DNA of 64,000 bases from the NCBI RefSeq assembly GCF_006345805.1, contig NC_043007.1:53816001-53880000 (forward strand), read 5' to 3'. Shown one piece after another: positions 37,070 through 50,481 of the stretch. The stretch's first letter is position 1, and every line of letters starts with the position of its first letter. The DNA comes from Octopus sinensis (Eukaryota). A program made the translations under genes and the position numbers. Below the pieces are notes generated by a model. It was not told the origin of the DNA and made no database searches. It saw only the letters and a list, made by a program, of their open reading frames with translations.

Positions 37070-40000
37070 CAGGGCCGTAGCCAAGCTGAGGCAGAGGAGG
37101 CATTTGCCTCCTCTAATTTTCCTTAACTGAAGATGAAAGTGAGCTTAGTATTGAAAATTATGGGATGTTAAAATATTTGTTTTTGTGTTATTTTGATTTT
37201 ATCAAGAAGTTAACGATAAATAATAATGACTTTAGATAGTAAATTTACATTTATGTATTTGTTTTGCAAGATTTTTGATGTGAAATTGTGTGTTGAAACA
37301 GATATTGTTGTATTTAGGAATGGTCACTTTGCCAGTTTAGCCAATAAAAACACACGCACTATATATTTGGTAACACCAAATATATAGGATACTATATATT
37401 TGGTAACACCAAATATATAGTGCGTGAGTTTTTATTGGCTAAACGGGTAAATTTAGTTTTAGGCTAATATATTGAATGACCTTTCACAGTGGTAGTTAAA
37501 GCATGTAAAGTGACTACTTATTGAATGTTCTCTCACACTCCCTGATCCCAAGTATTTTGCCTATCTGGCTGTGGGTTATTTTTAGACATGACTGTCTGCC
37601 TCCCTGGGAATTCCTACCATTGCTTGGTGGAGCTATTTTTGAATATCTGTGAGATCACACTCCTCATTGTAAGGTGAGAAAGAGAAGTTTTGAATTGGTA
37701 ACTGGTGTATTTATTGCAACCATTTGCTCAACATCACACTTAACATGATGTATAATTGGAAGGACCCTTCTTATAAGCATGCAAAAATAAGTGTTTATTT
37801 CAAATGAGTACCATCAAACATGTAAGTATCCTTAATATACTGAAAAGGGTAAACCAAATTGTTTCCTGTAAAACCTGAACTATGTTCCTCCTCTATGGCC
37901 TTTTGTCAGCAGAGCCTATCTATTACTGACCCATCTATTGTCTGTGTGTTCATCAACTTTTTCTACAAATGACTTCTCTCAAACTGTTGGCCTAAACGGG
38001 ACCAGATTTTTATGATAGTACCTGGTTTGATCCTCTATCAAGTTTGTTTAACTTGTTCTGATTCAGCAATTGTTTACCATTCTTTGAACAAATTACTTAA
38101 CACTCTCCTTCTCTGAAACTATTTGACTTAATGTCAGAAAAATTTACTGGTGTGTTCCTTGGGTAGTCCCCTACAAAGTTAATTGATATTTTATTAATTG
38201 GATGATTTTTTTTTATTTAATAGAAAATCTATTTAATAGAAAACACATAAGGACTTTTCGTTTTCTATATGCTTTCCATGATTATTTCCCCGTCTTAAAA
38301 TAGAGAGGGAAAGTGTAAACGGGTAAATTTAGTTTTAGGCTAATATATTGAATGACCTTTCACAGTGGTAGTTAAAGCATGTAAAGTGACTACTTATTGA
38401 ATGTTCTCTCACACTCCCTGATCCCAAGTATTTTGCCTATCTGGCTGTGGGTTATTTTTAGACATGACTGTCTGCCTCCCTGGGCTAGAAATGCTGGCTA
38501 GAAAGGATGAAAAGATAAAGGTGGCATCGTCTTTCTTCTCGAGTGAAGAGTGAAGGGAAAGTGTTGCTCCTTGGTCATAGCTAACGCAAAAGAGAAGCTT
38601 TTGACCGCCATAAAGATGATGTCACCTTTATCCTTTCTTTCTTTCTAGTCAGCACCATGCATTCCTTACTCTTTCTCTTTCTACTGGCAGACAGTAACTT
38701 CAACACTATCAACTACCAACCAGCAAGCAAACTTGTTGTCATTGCTACTACAATTATTGCTGCATCTCTAACTACATGTCAGGCAAATGAATAAGTATAT
38801 GTAAATAATATTTCTACACCTGAAACTAGTAATACCAGCAATGAATCTCTGACATCTAGTATTTCAACACTACAAACCATCTCAAAAAGCAGGGTGTTTG
38901 GAATTTTGGAGCAAGGTATGCAAAATTCACCCAAACTTGATATTGGGGTAGTTAGTCGAGCATCTATGGGTGACAATGAATGCAAGACCATTTTTCAGCA
39001 GAAGTGGAAGCCACCAAAGCAGTTTACATACCCAAAGAATCACCAGAACAGACGGTATTCTCCAACATGGGAAGAAAAGTTTCCATGGCTTAGGTATTCT
39101 AAGTCACTGGATGCAGTTTTTTGTTCAGTGTGTATTTGCTTTGCTTCCCAAGATATGAGCAATCCTGAATTTGTAACCAAACCATTCCAGGATTGGAAGA
39201 ATGCCTGTGGTCAAGAAAGAGGGTCTCTAACTCATCATAAAAAGTTAGAACCCATCAATGAGCATTGAAAGGGGCTTATGAATTTTTGATGATATGCCAA
39301 GAAGAAAAGAAATCAGTCACAGAACATCTTTCTAAAGCATATGCAAAAAGAACAGATTAGCTCTTTTATGCATTCTTGATGTAATCACTTCCCTTGCAAA
39401 AAGAGGAATTTCACTTAGAGGAAGCTGGTCCCATGAGAAAAAGGAGGAAGACAGTAATTTCAACATTTTTAATAAGTGGAAAGCAAAAGATAATCCTCAA
39501 TTTGCAACCTTTCTGGAAAATGCACCAAAGAATGCCACATATTTATCTACTGTTATCCAGAATCAACTGATTGAATGTTTTGCAAAGGTCATCAGGAGGC
39601 AAATCCTTAATGAAACCATGAAGGCTGACTATTTCAGCATCATGGCTGATGAAATTTATGATGCATTCACAATAGAGCAGTTATCAGTCTGTATACATTA
39701 TATCAGGATCAAGGATGGGGGAACCAAAGAGGTAGCTGAAGATTTTCTTAGATTTATACAGCTGGGCAGACAAATTCCCAATCAATTACTGGGGCACTGA
39801 TGAATGTTGATTTAAGCAAGTGGAAAGATAAAGGCTTTGATGGAGCACCTGTGATGGATGGTGATGTCAGTGGTGTGTCAAAACTCATAAAAGATGCTCT
39901 TCCATAAGCAAAATACTTCACCCACTGTAGAAACCATTGCCTCAACCTTGTAGTGGTTAATTCCTGCCAAAATGTTCCTGCTATTAGAAATTTCATGAGT

Positions 40001-41790
40001 GCATTCAGGGATATGAGCTTTTTTCTCACCAATTGCCACCAAACAAAATTGATCTTGAAATCCAAAGTTACCCAGAAGGAACTAATTGGATTTTTGAGTT
40101 ATCTTGAGGTACATGAAGAAGAGCTATTTATTGCCTCTAACAAGGCATACCGACTCTCTGTGAAGCCAGATGGCTGTCAAGAGTTGACTCGGTACTTTGC
40201 TTGTTAAATATGATCGAGTTAAAGATGCTCTTGAAGAAATAAATAAAATGTCTTCTGGCAAATCAAAGTCAGATGCCCAGGCATATTTGAAAAGAATGAG
40301 TGAATTTGGATTTATAATGACAGGAGTCATCATCCAGTATGTCCCAGGATACATCAGACCAATTTCTGTTGCTTTGCAGTCAAAGCAGTATGATCTTTTT
40401 GAAGCATATGAAGAATGCCAAAGATTGATGGAAGTGCTCAAATCCCAACAAAACAATGACACTTTCAAGCAGTTGTATTAAAGAGCCTCTCATCTTCTGA
40501 AGGAAAATTATGGGACTGATGAAGAGCCTGAAACTGAGCATGTATCAGAAGGGAAGAGACAAATGCATAGAGCCAATGCCCCAGGCAGAAACTGTGAAGA
40601 ATTCTATAAGATAAATTACTACTTCACATTTATTGACCATGTAATGTCAGATCTTCAGAATCAATTCCCAGCAGATTGCTGGCATTCCACCTCTTACCAC
40701 AAAAGGTGCAACAACTAACTGAAGATCAAGAAAGGAACATTATGGAAGAGTTTTTGGATGATTCGCCCTCACCTGATAGTTTCCATCAAGAGTTAGAGAG
40801 GTGGAAACAAAAAGCTTCAAAAATGGAGCCAGAAACCAGACAACAACGGCTAGTCCAACTGCTAAATGGAATTGATAAGGTATTTTATTCAAATATCAAT
40901 GCAACCCTCTCTCTTCCTGTGGGGTCATGCTCATGTGAGCGATCATTCAGTGCACTTAGGCATCTAAAAACATGGTGTAGAACCTCTATGGGAGAGAATA
41001 GATTGAATGGACTTGCTATGGCTCATATTCACAAGGATCACCCGTTAGTAGAGAATCTTGATGACGTTGAAGTATTAAAAGAGTGGGATGGATTAATGCA
41101 TAGGAGAATTTCACTGACATTTGATCATCTGAAATGGAACAATTCAGCTAGACTGATATTTTGGACATTTTGACAGTCTGTTCTTTGACAAAAAGTGATT
41201 TTTGTCATTTCTCAATTCAACCCAAAGGGGACAGATTGGTCATGTGATTCAAATGTTTAATTCTTCATATATAATTTATTTTTATAATATCTTCATGGAT
41301 ATAAGATATCTAGCTTTTACTTTAGTTTTTTGATACAAAATAAGTTCCAGTTTAACATGTTTAATTTACTCTATGAATATATAACAGTACCTACATGGAA
41401 TGGTATGTGCTCTCCAAGTTGGAGAAGTTTCTTGAACAGTCCATCAGAAATGGAGGAATCAAAGGGAATGCATACATATGTATATTTTAGCAATCTACTG
41501 TTTACATTAAATGCCATCATTTAGACTTAACAATTGATATTAGTTTAGCAAAGAACTTTATGATGTTATTGATTTGGTATTTGTGTCTGAGATACTTCAG
41601 TTTGGAAGCCTTTGACAAACTAAAAAAAATGCCTTATAAACTCTAGTATATATATCTGCAAGTATAGATATATGCTTTTCTGACATACCCTTCCCATCAT
41701 TGGGACAATGCATAGAACTGTTTGAAATTGCCAACTTTGGTTTTTGTTGGTCTTTGCCTCCTCTAATATTTTAGTCAGGATACAGCCCTG
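37070..41790 (+). mobile_element. hAT (Tip100/ZMYM1-like) DNA transposon, complete ends, degenerate transposase
   Basis: TIRs cagggccgtagcc and ggatacagccctg (11/13 match). TTF-type zinc finger (FPWLRYSKSLDAVFCSVC), YFSIMADE, FDGA...HCRNHCLNL and the dimerisation domain SCSCERSFSALR. Confidence 0.9.
37440..38484 (+). repeat. 169-bp direct repeat pair (37440-37608 and 38316-38484)
   Basis: The two copies read as identical by eye. Confidence 0.9.
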
Positions 41791-42386
41791 ACTCACTATA
41801 TATATCTAATTTAGAGCATGGGTATCAGTGATAGATGCCCATTGATTAATGATAAAAGCTACATTTCAAGCATGTTGCTAAGCAAAAGTGTGACATTTTC
41901 TTTTTGAACACACCTGGAATGAGTTGGCTATATACAGGGAAATCTAGATGTATAACAGAAAGATAACTTTTATACATGAAGCACTGTAAAGGCAGTTGTG
42001 TATTATATATCTTGAAAAGTGAACCAGTTGATATTTATGATGGTGATAATGATAACAATTCATAATTAAAACTATTTGCTGTAAATTACCAATTTACAAT
42101 TTCATACAGTCTATTGAAATATTTTACATGCATTAAATGTTGAGATAAATTGAAACATATAATGATCTCGCTTTAATATGAAATTAAGTGATTAAATAGC
42201 AATATGATATTCACTATAGAAAGGCTGTTGATAGAAATATCAAGAGAGTGAAGATGGTAGGTCATACCACATATATGTTAAATAGTTCAAGGTGTCAGTA
42301 ACCACCCTAGAGTGTGCTTTTTGATTGTTATTTGTGTTAGTTTTTTTAAAGTTGTTAACTTGTTTTAAATTTAAAAGTAATTAAAA

Positions 42387-42759
42387 GTGGCTGTGTGGTT
42401 AGCAGTTTGCTTCTTAACCACATGGTTCTGGGTTCACTCCCACTGTGTAACACCTTGGGCAAGTGTCTTCTATCATAGCCTCGAGCCGACCAAAGCCTTG
42501 TGAGTGGATTTGGTAGACAGAAACTGAACAAAGCCTGTTGTATATGTGTGTGTGTCTTTGTGTCTTTTGTCCTCCACTACCACTTGACAACTAGTGTTGG
42601 TCTGTTTATGTCCCTGTATCTTAGCAATTTGACAAAAGAGACCAATAGAATAAGACTTAAAAAAAAAGAAAATATAAATACTAGGATTGATTAGTTCAAC
42701 AAAGTTCCTTACGGCAGTGCATGGCTGCAGTCTAATAACTGAAACAAGATAAAAGATAA
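42387..42759 (+). mobile_element. tRNA-derived SINE
   Basis: A-box-like tggctgtgtggt, B-box-like gggttcactccc, internal (TG)n and a tail ending gaaacaagataaaagataa. Confidence 0.8.
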
Positions 42760-42942
42760 CCAACATTTTTAAAATGATCTCTCATGTTTTCTTGGCATTA
42801 TTTGCATTTCTTGGCATTTAATCATCATATAAACTATTGTACAAGTTTAATATTATATTCAGTACATTTCATCATGTCAGTACCCACATTGGACAAGATA
42901 GATTATTATGATTTTTACAATTATTGTTTAAACTGTTTTCAG

Positions 42943-43031
42943 TGCATTCCATATGTTGGTGAAATACCAGGTGGTCTACAATGTGGAACCCTTATTACTA
43001 TACAAGGCCAAACATCACACCACCATTCAAG
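42943..43031 (+). CDS. Galectin, CRD exon A
   Basis: Acceptor ttttcag| and donor |gtagat. Encodes CIPYVGEIPGGLQCGTLITIQGQTSHHHS(R), a typical galectin N-terminal strand pattern. Phase 0 to phase 2. Confidence 0.85.
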
Positions 43032-44024
43032 GTAGATTAATTTTGATCATTCACTTTGGAAAACTAATCTTAAATCATTAATAACACATTATATCTGACT
43101 TACTATTGGATCTATGTTATTACTAATTTTTCAAATAATTATTTTGATGAAAAACTTAACACTTACAGCATGATTCTAATAATTGTTCCATGAATCATGG
43201 CATGCTATAAACAATATGAGCATATGGATGATTCATAAACTGCTGGACTATTAATTTTGAGTTCATAATTAGATTGCTATGTTTAAATGCGGATAAATAC
43301 AATGTGAGATGGAAATTAACTGGTAAGCGACAATTTATTGTCCACTATAAAATACAATGATTGCCATACATGAATTAACATAACACTATAGGTTACAACA
43401 AGGATGTCTGAGAACATCGTGGTTAGAATGAACTGTTGATGGTGTGTAGACATAGTTGACATACTGTTGGTGGTGTAGAAGCAGTTGTTTGGTCTTCATA
43501 CAGCAATGATGTAGACAGGAGTCTGGTGGAGATGAGATAGGACACTGGCTGGTGTTAGGACATCGTTGCTGGAGACAAGATGTCTGTATGGTCAGTGGCA
43601 AGTACCAAAGACCTAGAACAGTTGAAAATTGTCCTTATAGGGAATAGAGGACACCCAGAAGCTGGTAAAAGTTTTTCCGTCAAGAGAACACATGATCTGT
43701 TTTAGTGCATTTGATTAGTGTAAATAGGTGCAATTGTTTAGAGGACAATTTGGACCTAAAAACTAACCGATCAGAACCATGGTTACAACTTAGTCTTTAT
43801 GGCTAAATATTCTCTGCTACGTCCAAACAACAACTATAAATCAAAGGGAGAGAATAATTTGCCTTCTTTTATTTTGTCAACCTGTTCTGCTACAATTCTT
43901 AGAATTCAGGCAGGTAACTAATTTTATAAAATTATTCTATTTATTCATTCTAATACTGAAAAATCAAAATTGTTTTTCTATTGCACAAAAAGTCTCTAGA
44001 TAAATATTTTAACTATTATTTCAG

Positions 44025-44232
44025 ATTCTCCATTAATTTTTGTTCATCACCAATTTCTGAGCCTCTCCCAGACACTATTTTGCATATTGATCTTCGTTTT
44101 AATGACTGCTGCATTGTACGCAATTCACTTTATTGGGGAAGTTGGGGTTCAGAAGAACGTGATGGATGTTTCCCTCTGAGAAAGGGAGAACTTTTTGAAG
44201 CAGTCATATTGGTTGAAAATAATGGATTTAAG
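44025..44232 (+). CDS. Galectin, CRD exon B (sugar-binding motif)
   Basis: Acceptor tttcag| and donor |gtaaat. Encodes FSINF...LHIDLRF...IVRNS...WGSEER..FPLRKGELFE...GFK. Phase-compatible with exons A and C. Confidence 0.92.
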
Positions 44233-44435
44233 GTAAATAATGGAAAGCTAATTTACACAAGTGCTCATTTGATACAGTTATTGAATTATATACATGTAGT
44301 ATTCTTTCGTCAGTTTTCTTTTCTTTTCAACCTCTCATTAGAAACTGCCTACGGTGATTCAAATCATATTGTTCAGACTTAGATATAGTGAAATTATTTG
44401 TTTTATAAAAGGACAAATTTTTTCTTTGTTTTTAG

Positions 44436-44552
44436 ATTGCCTTCAATGGAAAGCATTTTGCTTATTTTGCCAGAAGATATCCGTTGTGTCTGGGAAAGTT
44501 TTTGATAATAAAGGGACATGTCCATATCAACTTTATCAGAATCGGTAAAAAC
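44436..44552 (+). CDS. Galectin, CRD exon C
   Basis: Acceptor tttag| and donor |gtaagt. Encodes IAFNGKHFAYFARRYPLCLGKFLIIKGHVHINFIRIGKN, matching the V.VNG.H...F.HR.......L.I.GDV pattern. Confidence 0.85.
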
Positions 44553-45586
44553 GTAAGTAATGTTCTCAACTATATAAAAGAAGAGAAATAATCATGTAAA
44601 GTTCATGCTGCAAGTGAATTGTCAACTATAGGAAGCTAAAACCTAACTACTTTTTGGTACTAACCCTACATAAATAATGTTTGCTTTTGATTAGACAAAA
44701 TGTGTGTATATTTTAGAGAATGAGAAGTGCAAATAATCAGGGACTTGAAGCCAGTTGTAGTCTTGGTTAACAAGGACTTTTTGTATTTGTTGTTCAACTG
44801 AAGTTCATCCCTGATTGAACAAGCCTATGATCAAAGGCTTTCCAGCCAGGGCAATTCTTGCCTTTGTTTTTTTGGTTTTTTTTTATAGTATTCTAAGCAC
44901 GGCATTATCTGATGTGTGCTACCTTTTTTAAAATGGAAATGTGATTTGAGGAAAAATTAGCTGCTATTACTAGCAAGTCAAGCACAACGAAGCTTACTCA
45001 TAGGCTTGATAATTGAGGGTTTACCTCTATGAGAAAGAAAATTCAAATCGATAAAAAAAAGATCAGTGAAGTGAAGGCTTCAGGAACTGAAACCAATCTC
45101 TAATTAGTTTCAGTTTCTGATGAAAAGAAGACAAAGTATTCTATATAGTAATTTAATTCAGTAGCATCCATTCTTACAAAACAATGCAGGAGATGCCAAA
45201 CATGAAAGACATTAAATTACACAGTAGTGCTTTTGAAAAGTCTAACATATGAAATAGCTTGGTTATTAATTTTTGTAAGTTCATGATACTGTGACTTGGT
45301 TCACATAATAGTAGGAAGTAAGTCTCAGAAATACCAAAAATGTCCCTGCAATAGAAGGCATCCTATCCAAAAGAGGATTAGTGTCATATAATTATGTAAC
45401 ATTGTGATCTTGACTAAGCAATGATCATAAAATTGCATCTCAGGTAGATTATTCCTACTCAACAATGAAATTATATCCATATTAAAGATTGGAATAGCAG
45501 GTGTTTATTTTTAAGTGGGCACCAGGTTCCAAATTTATAGGAATTATATGCTAAGATCTCAATGTATTTCTGAAGAATATTAATAT

Positions 45587-46561
45587 AATGGTTGGCCTAA
45601 AAGTTTGTTCAGTTTTTTAAACAGAAATAAGACAGGAGTTTTAAACAAAAAACAATTTATTCAGTCAGTGATATAATTACTGTTTTATTCTAGTATCTTC
45701 TGCCATCTTGTGGGAAGATCTATTATTCCCTGCTCAAAGAAATTTCCATCTTATCTTTCCTGGTCAGAAACTTTGCCAGGTGAAATTTTACATCTATTCA
45801 GAGTTGAAATCTATCCATTCAATGAATTTTGAAGAGACCAAAACAGGTGAAAATATGAAGGTGCAAGATTGGGTGAATATGAAAGGTGTAGTCCTGTCAT
45901 GCCCCAATAACTTCTGCTGTGTCTGCAATGAAGTGTACGGTCTGACATAATCACGATGAATGCGATGTAACTTTGCAACTATTCTCTTCAAAAACAGATC
46001 GTTTTCTTCACGTTTCTGCAATGAATTGTAGATGGAAAACTGTTGGGCAAGGTTAGCCTTACTTGAGTGATGTGGGACCCAAACACTGAGCCTGCTGACA
46101 TAACCTAGTCAGTGCAGATAATTTTCAACACTTGATTTGGATATTTAGAGAATATCTACAATCTTTATGGTCATATAATGGGGGCTGGTGTCAACTAGCT
46201 CCTTCATTTTGTCAGTGTTAATCTCAGTTGGCCAGCCAGAGTGAGAACCAAAATATTTCCAAAAATCTTGAAAATCACATCTGGCACACTTGTTCCTATA
46301 ACAGTATCTTCTCCATATACAGCACATATCGTCCTGCAGGTTTCTACTGTTTCTTACCTAAGGTGTTAATAATGTTTGTTTTGGTTCTCTATCTTCAAAG
46401 TGATACCAAGCACACAAAATACAACTTGTCTCCTTGTAAGTTTGCACTGAATTACTTTGAAGTTTCAAGCATCTAGGTGTGCATGTGCAAAGTTAGCTAC
46501 CTGTTAGCATGCTTGAAGTTTAATTTCAACAAAAACTGAATAGACTTTTTGACCAACCCAA
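45587..46561 (-). mobile_element. Mariner deletion derivative with TIRs
   Basis: Imperfect TIRs (ggttggcctaaaagt and rc ggttggtcaaaaagt) flanked by TA. Minus-strand HTH relic (SGWPTEINTDKMKEL), SLQKREENDLFLKRIV and C-terminal FFEQGIIDLPTRWQK. Confidence 0.8.
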
Positions 46562-46677
46562 TAAAATGAAAAAACTTCAACCAAGTATCAAAATCATGCC
46601 AGAACCATACTTGGAGAGTTCCAGAACAGCATGTTAAATTCGAGTCATGAAGAATCTGGATCTTTGCCCTTTTCCTG

Positions 46678-49600
46678 TGTCATGTTATTGTTTCCAATAA
46701 GAAATGAAGCAGACAAATTTTATACATGTTTTACCTTTTAGTCATACCTTAAAACCGAGCTATTTAAATACACAATTTAAGGGACTTAATCCATAAAATA
46801 CTTATCAATGTTATGTTACATCCTGTTACATCACTGTTATCAAACGAAAAAAATATAATTTTTAAATCAATATTCTGGTTACATATGAAATCCTTAAGCT
46901 TTGCTGGAGGTTTTCTTATTCTCACAGGGTGGCCCAATGTCACTGGTGGTTGGTTAGGCTACACCTGTGGCAGCGTGAGCTGGGCATGCTGAACTGGAGC
47001 AGCTGGAGCACTAATATTTACTTAGGGTCAGCACATCGATAGGCTCATGCTGATTGATCCTTGTTTCTGGTTTGTTGGGCCGGTAAACTGAACATGACCT
47101 GTTTCTGTGGCCTGTGTAGCTCCTGCAGGTGTTGCCTGTTGCATCTGACTCATCTTCCATCATTAAGCATTCTGATGCTGTAGCTATGTGGTTCTGTGCA
47201 TTTATCTACAGCTGTTGTTGGTTGCCATGTGTTATTTTTGTGATGGACAGATACTTTGCTAACTATAACTAATTCAGAACAGTTTTTGCTTTTCTATTGT
47301 AGTACTGTTGTTGTTTACTTCTTTTGACATTTATCCTTTCTTGGATTTGGTTGTCTTTTGGTTTGTCAGTGTTCAACACAGTTGGAACTCTTGTTCTTAT
47401 TTTCCTATTGAAGAAGATCTCTGCTGGTGATGGTATGTGACTGTCCAATGGAGTATAGAGACTGTTCAATCCATATCCCACTGTTTTGCTTTCTTCATTG
47501 TATTTTTCATTATTTGGACCATTCTTTCTATGAAACCATTCAATTGTGGAAATCTTGAGTGGGATGCCATGTGGGTGAATTCCTACTTTATGGTAAAGTT
47601 GTGGAACTCATTTAGCACAAAGTATGTGGCATTGTCTTTATACAGGCATTCTAGCAAATATTGTTTTGAAACATTCAACGCAGCTTGAGCTAGTAATGCT
47701 TCTCTTGACAAAAAGTATTTTGTTGTATTGATCAGCAACAAATAAGAATTGTTGACCATTGAAGTCAAAAATATCAGCTGCATTATTTTGGAGCAGTCTC
47801 ATTGAGTGGTCTTTTATTATCATTGTTTCTTTGGCATTTCTTCTTTGTTGCTGGTTGCATATTTCTCATATTACCAGCTTTTTGATGTCTTTGTTGATGC
47901 CTTCAATAAACACTATTATACTTCCAATAAACTAGTTTTGAACTGACATTTTTTAAATTCCTTGATATACATCATAGATTCTCTGAAGAACATTGTTTTG
48001 CATATTTTTTGGTATGATTATGCATTCACCCTTTGGCACTAAACTATCCTGTACTGATAGAAATTCTTTCAATGACCAATAACTTCTTGTAAGTTTCAGT
48101 ACATCTTTCATTGTCTCTGGGCATCCATTTATCATTTGTTTTAGAATTTTCAGTTCTTCATCTTTTGTAGTTTCTTGAAGCTCATTTACTTCTATACTTA
48201 TATATCAACAATATGTATCGTGAGACCTAGTTCAATTTCAATCTCTTGTGTTGACTGTATTCTTGATAAATAGTCTGAAACTCTTATTTTTTTACCTGGT
48301 TTGTGTCTGATTTGAGCATCATATAGTTGTATGCTTAACAACATTCTCTGCTGTCTTATGGGTGCTTGTGCAATGTTTCTGTGCAGTATGTTTTCCAATG
48401 ATTTGTGGTCTGACTCAATTTGGAACTCTTTTCCATACACATGTATGAAATTTTTCACAACCGAACACCACTGCCAATAGCTCTCTTTCTATATTTTCAT
48501 ATCTTAACTCAGCATCAGTCAGACTTTTACAAGCAAATACAACAATTTTTTCCATCATTGATCAGTGTGGCACCTAGACATAACATACTACAATCTACCT
48601 AGATCACTGTCTTTGCATTAGGCCTGAAATAAGCTTGGCAAATGTTTTCATAAACACAGTCTTCCAATATTTGAGAACTTTTTCCATGTGTGTCACACCA
48701 TTGCCTTTCAATATCTTTCCTGAGTAGTGATTTTAGTGGAGCTGTTCTAGAACTGAGTTCTGGTATGAAAGGGCTTAAATATTGATCATACCTAGAAATT
48801 GTTAAAGTTCTTCACAGTTTGTAGGTGTAGGTTTTGTTTAGATTACATCACATTTTCCTGGATCGAAGTAAGACCCATTTTCATTCTAGTTAAAACCATT
48901 AAATTTGACTTGTTTTGTCCCACTTGGCACTTGCTTTTGTTGAAAACTAGACTGTATCTTCTGGCTGCATTCATTGTCTTTCTCAAGTTCTTATGATGTT
49001 CTCCAGTTGTTTTTCCATATATGCAAATATCATCAGATATATCAATGACTCCTGGTGCTGTTTCCTAGTATTTAGTCCATTTTTTGCTGAAAAATGTCCA
49101 GAGACACTTTGAGCCTAAATAGACACTTTGAGCCTAAATAGTCATTTTGAGACTTGTTGGTTTTCCAGTATTTTTATCAATCTTTTGGGGGCACGTCTGC
49201 TTGTACAGCCTGAGTGGTAGTATATTTCCATTGTCCCCAGTGTCTATTTTCATTTCTATTTTGTATTTTCCTTCATAGGAGTCTTTACAATCTATAATAG
49301 CAAATACTAACTATTACTGTAACTTTTGTCTTTATTTTCTGTAGTGTATGAATACAAGTCTTCTTCATCTTAGTTTGAATCATGTTCTGATTTGTAAGTG
49401 GCATTCACATTTATCTATATTATATTTTCTATGCCTGTACAGGCTTTGTTTTTTGCTCTTGTATGTGTCTTGTTTTCTGGTTCTGTGCAGACTGAGGTTG
49501 TTGTGGTTGCTTTTGTAAGGCAAAATTTCTCAAAATGGTGTAGTCTGACATTTTCTGGATTCTCTGTTAAAAATGCATGTCTTCTTTTCTTTTTTTGTGA

Positions 49601-50461
49601 GCTTTCCCACATCTTCCACATTGATTGGTATTTTTTGTTGTTACTTCATAACATGTACTTGTTTTCCTTACACTGACATCATTGTAGCATGTTCTGTGCT
49701 TTATTGTAGCTTCATATGTCCTTATGCTTTTAATTCCTACCTCTAGTGCAAGATTTTGTTTATGATGTTTCTTTTTTCATCTGCCCATTTTAATCCTTTT
49801 ATTATTTGTTCAAGGATTCTTTCATCTTTCAGTTTTTGTTTTTAATGTATATTCATCGATTGAGTTTTCATTCTAATCGTTCAATCCATTTGTTTGGCTT
49901 CTGTATTAAATGGGCTTCAAAAATTCTAAATACACTTGCCAAAGATTCTTTCTGTTCACTAGTAATGTTCACATTTTTCATTAATTCATGACACTTTATT
50001 CTGTGTTAAGCTCTTGCTTATATAGTACTTTAGCTTTTCTTCCATTTTGGTAATAATAAAGAATGAATTCATGAAGTCAACCTATTCATTATATGCCTTG
50101 CATTTGTTCTCATTCAACCAATATAAAGTTGATAATAGGCTTATAGATGCCATCATTTTTGTAGCCTGCCATTTGAGTCAAATTTGCTTAGGTATTTCAA
50201 AAAAAAAAAAGAGAGAAAGAATGAACTATTTTACCATATTACTATCTCTTTGTGACTGGCATTTGTTAATTTTTTTCTATTAATTTTTAGGTGTAACTGG
50301 CGTATTATTGTACTGCTGCCACCATGTCATATTGTTTATGATAATAAATAAAGCAGGCAGATTTTTATTGCATTTTGTTGTTAGAATTGAGTTATTTATA
50401 TATACAATTAATGGAACTTAATCCAAAAATACTTATGAATATTATATTTTATCCTGTTACA
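46678..50461 (-). mobile_element. Ty3/Gypsy element with two short diverged LTRs
   Basis: LTR-like repeats 50325-50461 and 46678-46830 (TGTAACAGGA...TGACA). PBS TGGTGGCAGCAG (rc of 50313-50324). Protease KIDTGD, RT DISDDI, RNase H IESDHKSLE and integrase relics. Confidence 0.8.
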
Positions 50462-50481
50462 GTCTTAGAGTAAGGAAGGGA

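Noticed and set aside
41385-41410. ATG|GTATGT as the galectin start exon
   Set aside because: It lies inside the hAT element and has no other support.
42387-42460. tRNA gene
   Set aside because: A and B boxes are present but there is no cloverleaf, and the sequence continues into a SINE body.
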